This document shows, piece after piece, positions 54,626-64,000 of a stretch of 64,000 bases of DNA. A program made the translations under genes and the position numbers. Origin of the DNA: Cenococcum geophilum. Lineage: Eukaryota. The stretch is from contig CP158635.1 in assembly GCA_050273025.1 (NCBI GenBank), positions 14,942,001 to 15,006,000 of the forward strand, written 5' to 3'. The notes under the pieces were generated by a model, which was not told the origin of the DNA, searched no databases, and saw only the letters and a program-made list of their open reading frames with translations. How positions within the stretch are numbered: position 1 is the stretch's first letter; each line of letters opens with the position of its first letter.

Positions 54626-55093
54626 TATAACTTAACTTTTACGACGATGTATCTCGCTCCTTAATACTCTAGATATAGGCCTATAGTATATATTTACAAA
54701 TATATAATTACCTAAAGAATCCATTACATCAAGCATATATATTATAAATATTATGGTTGGGACACGGCTCATAGAAATACACAGAATTTGATTTAAAACA
54801 TTCGATTCTCACTAAAGCGACGCCCATAAGCTCTCAGACGCTCCGCAGAAGATTTTGTCAGGTGACAGGGGTGCGCAGGGGGCTGAAATTAGTGCGTTGT
54901 TCTAATTGGTCCAAGAGTTAGCATGTGTTTTAGCGTGTCACGGAACAAATCTTCTGCGGAGCGTCTGATTCATGAGATAAAGTTTTCCTATAACATGCGG
55001 ATCGTTGGTACCCCCCAACGAAAATCCCGACCCGAGTTTATGATTAATAAGCCGGTTAATTAACCCAAAGCTTTAATTTAGAGCCTTATTGTA

Positions 55094-58000
55094 ACGTAAG
55101 TGACAGAGTTATAACGGCGATAGGGTTATAACGGTCGGCTAGTACCGCCTTCCTAATGTAGTATATTGCCGGTTCCAAAATCAAAATAGCAGCAACTTTA
55201 TCTTATTTTAAATGCTTGCGACTAAATCAAAAAATCTTTTACTAACACCATAATGCCCCGCTGGCTCCTACAACCTAGCAGGGAAGAGAAAATACAGAGC
55301 GCTATTATTGCCTGGCATTCTAGGCTCTATAAAGACCGGGAAACTTATGTAAATTCCTATGAGGTAGATATAGACATTGCGACGCCGTCTTAATGGAAAG
55401 CAATAGCCCCATAAAGTCGCCCATACCAACTAGAATCGTATTACTGTTGCTGGCGAAGATGCAATCGTTTAACACCTTATATATCTTGCAAACGCCGGAT
55501 TTCCATATCGGCAGCATACCGTTCAATTAATTGCTACAGTAGTCTTTTACCGGGAGTACGCCAACCTTCCTTAATACGTCTATGTCGACCCTCTTAGTAT
55601 AAAGTGGGTGTATAACTTCCTAAAACGGCAGAATGAGCTTCGTTACTACTATGTATGTTTAATTAATTAAGAACGAGCTCTCGCAAATAACAATCCCGGC
55701 CTTATTTAGAGATTCTTTACCGACTATACCGACGCTATTACCCAATACAATATTAGCGAATTTAATAGGTAGAATATAGATGAGACGGGCTATGCAATGG
55801 GACTAGCTTTTTCTGTAAAAGTAGTTATACTAAGAGGCAGAATTATTAACTTTAAGACAATTAATGGCAATAGGGAGTGGGTCACCTAAATTAACTCAAT
55901 TGGCATGCATGGATAGATAATTCCACCGTTTATTATTTTTAAAGGGAAGTAGCATATAAATATACTATGGGAAACAGCAGAGGAAGCTATAGGCGAGTGC
56001 TCAATTAAAATAACGGAGAATGGCTAGTTAAATAAAGAAATGGGCCTTAAGTAGCTTTAACATTTTAAGCGTTATATTTAACGAATAGAGGTATAGAAGG
56101 CCTCTAAAATTAATATACTAAACGTTAAACACTATAGCTACCGATTGCTTATTATGGATAGGCATATCTCTTATACTAATATTAAGTTTATAAAGTTCTG
56201 CTAGAAGTATAAGATTATTCCTATATATCTTCCACCTTACTTAACCCACTTCTTACAGCCTCTAGATCTTGTTATCTTTTTAGTGGTTAAGCGCCTATAT
56301 TTAGCTAAAGTTAATAAATACTTAGCTTGTGGTGTTACTGGTATTAATAGAGACTACTTTTTACAGATCCTGGGCGAGATTAGGCCTTAAATATATATAC
56401 CCAAACTTATTAACAGTGCATTTAAAGCTGTAGGCCTTCTTCCTTTTAACCCTAATTAAGTCCTTTAACGCCTTATAGGGCAACCTTCCTATGCGCGACT
56501 ATGTATACCTTAGCCCTTAAACAAACCAACGCTTTTATCCTCACCTCTACATCTAAAGACTCTAAAAAGCCACTCCGATCGAGCTCGGTATAGCTATATA
56601 ATCCGTTATTTAGATACCACTATTAAAGCAATTAACGTTGTTGTTAGGAAGCTTATAAGCTATATAGATACAATGAATAAAAGGCATAGAAATACTATAG
56701 CTAGAAAACACAGAGCTTTACAATGGCGCTGCAGATAGGAGAGCTAAGAAAAAAAAGAAGCGGGTAGTACTTTCTACTAAATTGGTCCTTACTACCGAAT
56801 GGGCTAAAGCACTTATTAACGCTAGGGAGGCTATAGAGGAGGCTAGGCAGAGGACTAAGAATACTAGACAGCAGCATAGAAAGGAGAAAAAGGAAATAGC
56901 TATAATTGCTTAGGCATAAGTTTAAGAAAGGAAGGAGGCTTAGGCTACTACTATAAAGGCTAAAAAGGCTGCAGATCTAGTAATTTAATTAGACTAGGTT
57001 AGAGTGGATTTAAGCTCAGCTCTAGTCTATCTAGCTAGTAAATAGATAGACTCTAGGAGCTCTATAAAGCTCTAATGCATATATATACTATATATAGAAA
57101 GGCTTGGCGTCAGTATAGTGTTATAATAAAAAAGGTAGTAGTAATATAACTATTTACACCCTATTAATTACCTTATCAATCACCGCATCCTAATCAGCTT
57201 TAATAGCCGCATATTAATTCTCTAGATCCTCCAGATCCTCCTTATTATTAACCCCATCGTCCTTTACTTAAGTGGCAGCCTCTACAGCAACTACGGCAGC
57301 TAGTTAAGCTTTAGCGGCAGCTTTAAATAGTATCCTTTTATAAGGCTCTCCTTCTACCTCACCCACTTCCTAATTATTAAACGTGCCTTTTAGCGGAGGC
57401 CTATACGCGTGCTAAAGAACCTCATTTGCCTTAATTATATCCATCTATAATTAGGCGCGTTAATCCTTAATAAGGATCTTACAACTACTAAAAAGTCGCT
57501 TATATTTATTGCTTATTAGAGGTACGGCTAATATATTAAGAGCAAATTAAGTAAGATTGGGCTGGCTTTCGTATTAATCCTGCCAGTATTATATAACATT
57601 AAAGTATTAATTCTCGTTAATAAGTACGCGATTAGTAGAAAGATATTCCTTAAAGCGATTAATTAACGGTGGTTCGTCTTATGCTTTATAGGTCCTCTTA
57701 AGGCGTTTATAAGCTTAAGTAGAGGTATATATTATCTCTCTTATAAAGGGCGGCTATAGCGTAGAATTAGATATAGATAAAGGCGACTAATCTAGTAGGA
57801 AGTTCTTGCCTTTATATTTAAGCTAGAGGACCTTAACTACCTCCTCTACCTTTAAGATCTACTCCTTCTTTTCCATATAGTCGCCCTAACGATTAGTAAA
57901 CTATTATATCTTAAGTGTTAGATTAAGAACGATTGCTATATAGTAAGCTGCTATATTATCTACTTTAAGGTAGTATTTCTTATACTTCTACTAGGCTACA

Positions 58001-60705
58001 CCTACGCAGCCTACCAAGTAGCGATAACCTTATACCTTAGCCTTCTTTTATATTTACATTAAGAGCTTAATAAACTTATATTTAGTATTTTTAAGCTTTA
58101 GTAAAAGCCAATCAAGTGTTTAAAAGTAGTTAGTAAGGCCCGTTTTCTGGCCTTCTACTATAATAGTTGCCTTATAAAACGTTTCTAGGTGGTTATATAG
58201 GTGTTTAAGCTGCTGCCAGTGGCGCTATTAGAGAAGGTCGTCTTTAAAAAGCTATCTTACGCCTGGGGTAGGTATATACTCTATATAGAACTTCTAAATA
58301 CATTCTTTATAGTTTAGAAAGCGTAATATAACTAAGAATAATAAGTTCTAACACGTCTGGTTATTTTAAATAAGCTAGTAGGTAGTTAGTATAGATATAG
58401 GAAAACATTTAACTTTTTTAACACTAGTAAGATTTTATTAATTTTCTACCGGTAAAAATAAAATCCAGTGCTAAGCTGTTAGATCTTAACACTAAAGCTT
58501 TATATAAGATCTCGTTACTTACCTCTAATCTATTAAATTCCGCCAAAGGCCCTCCCATTTTAATCCCCCGGAAAAAGCTATAACGCTAGGGTATTATATA
58601 AATATATTACATAAAGTTATAAAGTAATCTAATAGCTCTGCGCTTTCTCCATAACTCCTTAACCTTCTTAAAGTCCATTTCGCGATACACAGTTGCCAGT
58701 TCTTTACAAGTTCCTTCTACATTATTTCTAATAATAAAGGCCTAGGCGTAAAGGTTAGTAATATAGCCAAAGCAATAAAGCCTATATCCTTTACGTAACT
58801 TAGCTAACATATTTAGATATAGGGCTTAAAGAATTATATTAATACAAGTATCGTTTAACTCCGCATTATCAGCTATAAAATACCCAATATTACCCGAAAT
58901 CCTATAGTCTCGAAATAGATCTATAAGGACGCCTGCTATATTCTTACCACTATATTTACTAACTACTTTATAAAGCCTAAGAACTACTTAGCGACGCCTA
59001 CCGTCTTTATTAATAAAGTAGCTTATAACTCTAAGAATTATATACAAATTTAGTAACGTCTAGAGATTAAAGGACACTAATATTATACTACAGGCGTCCT
59101 TTAACTCTTCCCTTAGTAACTCCTTCCGCTTCTTAAACGATTATATTACCTATTTACAAATTATTCGGCTTACTTAAGGGAGGAACTTAATAAGGCCCGG
59201 GTAGAGGAAGTAGAGGAGTTAACAAAAGTAGGTATTCTTAAACTAGAAGAAGGCAATATAGCAATAAACAATCCATCAGATTAGGAGGGCTTTAAAGGCT
59301 TTAAAGTTATAATTTAAATTAAGTAATCTGGCCTCTGGATAACCTTTAAGTATTAGCTAATTTAGGTTAACTTCCTTCTTAGTAAAAAGCTTACCTGTTA
59401 TCTTATCTATATAGTAATCCTCTATAAGGTAATCCATAGCTATAGACCTTCCAGATAACACTACGCAGAGCTCCTGCTTATACTTTAATCGCTTATAAAT
59501 ATAACAGTAGTAAAACGTTCGGCAATCCTTAGAAAATTTCAACTAAATATCCTTACCCCACTTCCAAATTAATAAGGATCGCTGCTTTATATATTTTGGG
59601 CCTTTTATTAAGGCTTTATATTAAACGTATTACTCACCATAGAGCTTAAACTCCTTAATTGTTTTTAACTTATCAGCTGCCGGATTAATACTCTTTAGTA
59701 CGAGTATAATATTATCAAATGCAGGCGGGCCATAAATTAATAAATATTAATCTATAGCGGAGGTAAGGTAAAAGGTAAGGATAACTTAATGGAAGCAACA
59801 ACGACGATAGGAGCGATAATAACGGCGGGTGTATGCATCGGAGTCTTTAGATTGTATAGCTAATACACTACTTTTAAGACAGGAGCTCATCATTAAAGCA
59901 GCTGATTGGCTTACTTATATGCATTAACACCTCTACACTCTATCCTTTTACTCCACCTATTTAAATTAGGTTAGAGAACTGGAGCTCCAGAAGCTCTACG
60001 GCTTTAAACCCACTCTATCTACTAATTAAATTGACAGGATCTACCTCCAATGCAGACCTGGCTCCGCGCTGGAGCTCCAACTTTAACCCAGTCCAATTAG
60101 ATCACTGTGCAGATCAACATAAGAAGGACTTAGGAGAGGCTAATTGAGCTGCAAAAAGAGCGCAGAAGGCGTCGGTAACTACGGGCAATATATTAAATAG
60201 AAAGAAGACTATAGAAGCTTATATGGCAGCTGCTTAAGCAGTAGAGGAGGCGAAATCTAAAGCAGAAGCCTTAGCAATACTGCAGAAGCAATGGGAGGAC
60301 TCCTTCGCAGCAGCTACAGAGGCTATAGCTCGCTCTAAGGCTCTACAAGACGCTGCAAAGAAGGCAAAAGAGGCCTCTTAGCAGTCTACACAGGCAGATG
60401 AGGAAGTGGACGATGATGAAGTAGACGATGAGCTAGGTAGATTAAGCAACGATGAGGTGTCGGATGTAGACGAGGATGTTAGTTGGTACTGAAAACACCA
60501 AAAGATATTGATATAGGGCCTCTATTATATTAAATTAAGGCTTTATAAAATCTCAGTAATATTGTGATGCTGTGCGATGCCTTTTACTAGTATTTTACCT
60601 ACAATCGGGCATTCGGCAGTATTTTGATGTTCGTGAGCCCACTTAGGAAGGCGGTACTAGCCGACCGTCATAACCCTATCGCCGTTATAACTCTGTCACT
60701 TACGT
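55094..60705 (+). mobile_element. Fot1/pogo-like transposon (RIPed), interrupted by a hAT
   Basis: ~62-bp TIR ACGTAAGTGACAGAGTTATAACGGCG...; TA TSD; NMDETG ~55775, LIMDGH ~56150, LQPLD ~56255. Confidence 0.93.
56978..60107 (-). mobile_element. hAT transposon nested in the Fot1 element
   Basis: TIR CAGTGATCTAATTGGACTGGGTT (left copy RIPed); 8-bp TSD TGCAGATC at 56970-56977 and 60108-60115; minus-strand CFGHITNLCAQAF ~58760, NQTRWNS ~58350, dimerisation motif ~57450-57540. Confidence 0.92.
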
Positions 60706-60789
60706 TATAGAGCTTAATTAACATATACTATTAGGTATAGATTTGTTTCGTAAATCCTATACTTTCGTTGTGCTTTGTAGTAGGGGGTA

Positions 60790-62810
60790 AGCTTTAGGCG
60801 GAGCCTTGTGCAGAGCTTTAATGGAGCCTTGTATAGAGCTTTGGTAGAGCCTCGTGCAGAGCTTTGGTAGAGCCTCGTGCGGAGCTTTATGCAGAGCCTT
60901 GCGTAGAGCCATGTGCAGACGTGTAGACGTGCAGACGTGTTCTGGCGATTAACTGCAGAGATATTTGTAGAGATTATTGTATAGGCAATTATATAAGCGT
61001 TTAATTGATCGTTCGTACGGGCGTTCGTATAGGCAATTAATTGATTAATTAATTATCTGGACGTTTGTAGAGCTGTACATAAAGCAATATATAGAGCCAT
61101 TTGTAGAGCCGTTCGTAGAGACGTTTGTAGGCCGTTTAGTTAATTAATTAATTAATTAATCGATTAATTGACTAATTATATAGGTGTTCGTACGGGCGAT
61201 CGTGTAGACGTTTGTAGAGCCATTTATAGAGCTGTTTGTATAGACGATTATAGAGCCTTCCTAGTATATCAGTGCTGCATATTAGTAGAGCTTTAGAGCT
61301 CCGTATTAAGCTTTAAGTAGAGTTTTAAGTAGAGCTTTAAGCTCAAGGGGGAGACCCCCTTGGACCCCTATGCGTACTGCGTGCTTTATTTACCGCATAG
61401 GCAGAGCTCTTGCAGAGGATTTGGTAAAGCGTTTAGTAGAGCTTTTGCAGAGCTTTTATAGAGCTTTTGTAGAGCTTCGGTAGAGCTTCATATAGAGCTT
61501 CAATAGAGCTTCGTGCAGAACTTTAGTAGAACTTTGGTAGAGCTTTGTATAGAGCTTTAGTAGAGCTTTATCTAGAGCTTTAGTAGAGCTTCGTGTAGAG
61601 TTTTAGTAGAGCTTCGTGCAGAGCCTTATGCAGAGCTATATACAGGCGTTCGCACGGGCGATTAACTGCAGAGATGTTTATAGAGATAATTTTACAGGCA
61701 ATTGCATGGACGTGTGATTGATCGTTCATATAGGCGTTTAATTAATTGATTGTATGGGTGTTTAATTAATTAATTAATTGTATAGGCGTTCGTACGGGCA
61801 ATTGTGTAGACGTTTGTAGAGCCGTTTGTAGAGCTGTTTGTGTAGACGATTATAGAGCCTTCCTAGTATATTAGTGCTGCGTATTAGTAGAGCTTTAAGC
61901 TCAAGGGGGAGACCCCCTTGGACCCCCCCCCCCCTGGGGACTGTGTGCTCTATTTACTGCGTGGGCAGAGCTCTTGCAGAGGCTTTGGTAGAGGCTTTAG
62001 TAGAGCTTTTAGTAGAGCTTTTGTAGAGGTTCGTACGGAGGTTCGTGCAGAGCTTTTGTAGAGCTTTGATAGAGCTTTGAGTAGAGCTTTGGTAGAGCTT
62101 CGAGTAGAGCTTTAAGTACGGCTTTAATAGAGCTTTAAGTAGAGCCTTAATAAAGCTTTAAGCAGAGCCTTAATAAAGCTTTAAGCAGAGCCTCTTGTTT
62201 TTGAAGGCCTTATAAACGACTTTATAGAGGTTTAAGTAGAGGTTTGTATAGGCGTTCGTGTAGGTGTTCGTGCAGGCATTCGTGCAGGCATTTGTACAGA
62301 CGTTTGTATGGACGATTGTATGGGCGATTATAGACGTTTGTAGAGACGTTTATAGACGTTTGTAGAGACGTTTATAGACGCTCGTAGAGACGTTTATACA
62401 GGCGTCTAATTAATTGTATGGGCGTTCGTACGGGCGATCTTGTAGACGTATTGTAGAGCCGTTTGCAGAGCCGTTTATACGGACGATCATATAGGCAATT
62501 GTAGAGACGTTCGTAGAGATAATTGTGAGACTTCCTAGTATATTGGTGCTGCGTATTAGTAGAGCTTTAGAGCTCCGTATAGGGCTTCGAGCAGAGCTTC
62601 GAGCAGAGCTTTAAGGGGGAGACCCCCTTGGACCCCCCTGCGTACTGCGTGGTCTATTTCACTGCGTGGCTAGTACACTGGGTGGGTAGAGGTGTTGTAA
62701 AGTCTTTTAGTAGAGCTTTTGTAGAGCTTTGTGTAGAGCTTCGTGTAGAGCTTTTGCAGGGCTTTGGTAGAGCTTGGTGCAGAGCTTGTAGAACTTTGGT
62801 AGAGCTCGAT
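60790..62810. repeat. Higher-order repeat array of GTAGAGCTTT/GCAGAGCTTC-type units with three GGGGGAGACCCCCTTGGACCCCC modules
   Basis: Modules at ~61346, ~61904 and ~62615, each preceded by CTTCCTAGTATATYRGTGCTGCRTATTAGTAGAGC. Confidence 0.85.
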
Positions 62811-62918
62811 GTTTTGAAGTTCGTTACGAGGATTCTGCCACAACTTACCGCGCGCACTTTTTTTCTAACCAATGAGAAGCCGGCTTGGCGGGAGTTTGAA
62901 ATCCAGAACCCGAAAATA

Positions 62919-64000
62919 TAGACCACTCGTACCTCGGGTCAATAAAAGATGCCCAAAAAATCAATCGCCTCTACAACGGCAGCAACATCGATCCGGCTAT
63001 ATAGCCAATCCTCCCTATATATTATTATATGTATATAAAACAGCTCCTAAAGTAGGAGATCGCGGCTCGCAATAGCACCAAAGTTAGAGGCTAAATTAAA
63101 AATTTAGGTAGGACTTATCGCTCTATTTAAAAGTCAGCAAACCAAATTAAATAGCGCAATCTCCGGTTAAGTCCGAACTAGTATACAATTTCCTTATTAG
63201 GAAAGGTTATTTTCTGCGTTTAATAAAGCCGTTATGGTTTTAGCTTCGTATACACTATAAGGCTGCGATAATATTAGGCCGCATTTATAAGCAATAAGGC
63301 TTAAGCATATCACCTAGCTTACTAAATAATTATTCGCAGTTATAGCTTAATGGTAGTATACTTAGTATATTAAGCGCCATTTAACTAAGGTTAGGAAACT
63401 CTATTACTATTATCCTCTAATATAAGAATAGATTATAAGCTAATAGGCAATCTTCTATTAGTAGATTAAGTTTCTTTTACTACTTATACTCATCTTCTTA
63501 ATTATTAGATAAGGAGGGTGCTATAGTAAAGGCGGTGCCTATAAAGCTTCTAATAAAGTTATTAATATTAGATTGCAAAGGCTAATTTTTCTTAGAGGCT
63601 TACCTTGCCAACTATAGCTTCTTTTCTTTATACTTAAGCCAGAGCTTTTAAAAGGAAGCGTTATAGCTAGTTATCTAATTAAGCCTCTTTTTCTAGTTAT
63701 TTTAACAGAATTACTTAAGGTTAGGGTATAGTAGGCAAGCTATATAATAGATAGGCGTCTAATTAAGCGCTATATAGTATTTTTAAAGCTTCGCCTACTC
63801 GCGATTAATATTAATTTTATAGTAATTCTTAATTACCTCTTAATTAGGATAATCTTCCGTCGTTACCTTAGTTAATCGAGCTTTAGCTTCTTTATAGTGC
63901 CTTATTAAAAACTCTATCTATTATTTACACGCTTGCGGAGAAGAGGATTAAGAATTAATCTGATTGGTGGGTACGGGCTTAAAGGCATTAATTGAGAATG
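62919..64000 (-). mobile_element. 3' part of a hAT transposon (RIPed), continuing beyond the window
   Basis: Minus-strand MALNILSILPLSYNCExLFSKLGDML..IIAALxCIRS at ~63240-63380 = RIPed hAT C-terminal dimerisation domain; left boundary approximate. Confidence 0.8.

Larger units (their letters stand above)
50472..54980. mobile_element. Unclassified non-autonomous TIR element with compound termini; hosts a SINE-like insert and a Tc1
   Basis: TIR TTATCTCATRAATCAGAC; 8-bp direct repeat AGTTTTCC at 50464-50471 and 54981-54988. Confidence 0.75.

Noticed and set aside
62869..62901. CCAAT + GGCGGGA + TTTGAA (E2F/CHR-like promoter) or Helitron 5' end
   Set aside because: Dikarya lack the E2F/DREAM system, no gene follows, and the adjacent sequence is better explained as a hAT end
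44900..64000. Starship giant transposon carrying the ankyrin gene
   Set aside because: No DUF3435/tyrosine-recombinase captain recognisable in the window; the minus-strand relic at 63-64 kb is a hAT dimerisation domain. Cannot exclude a captain outside the window

Overview
Filamentous ascomycete genomic DNA with a strong RIP signature (C->T/G->A; TpA-rich, CpA-depleted; nearly all TE ORFs broken by TAA/TAG). About 90% of the window is a TE graveyard whose nesting resolves to the base. A piggyBac transposase relic (minus) is split by two Ty3/Gypsy chromoviruses of one family (A 4926-12874, B 13017-34777). B contains a third copy (C) and a solo LTR, and C contains a Copia. A hAT relic holds a solo LTR and a second Gypsy family (E). 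The window also has Tc1/mariner, Fot1/pogo (with a nested hAT), a further hAT, MITEs and a gag-only LINE derivative. The only intact host-like gene sits in an un-RIPed island (~45-50 kb): a 4-exon, 1004-aa Clr5-domain protein with ~17 highly similar ankyrin repeats. Most notable observations: (1) an ~800-bp non-coding retroposon starting exactly at a canonical HDV/CPEB3-type ribozyme fold, with poly(A) tail and TSD; (2) an intron-containing antisense Zn(II)2Cys6-like/coiled-coil gene in all three copies of the Gypsy family; (3) a TSD-flanked element whose two ends each carry a private inverted-repeat cassette; (4) the Clr5-ankyrin gene with hypervariable repeat positions. Protein motifs in RIPed elements were read by manual de-RIPing; no database searches were run.
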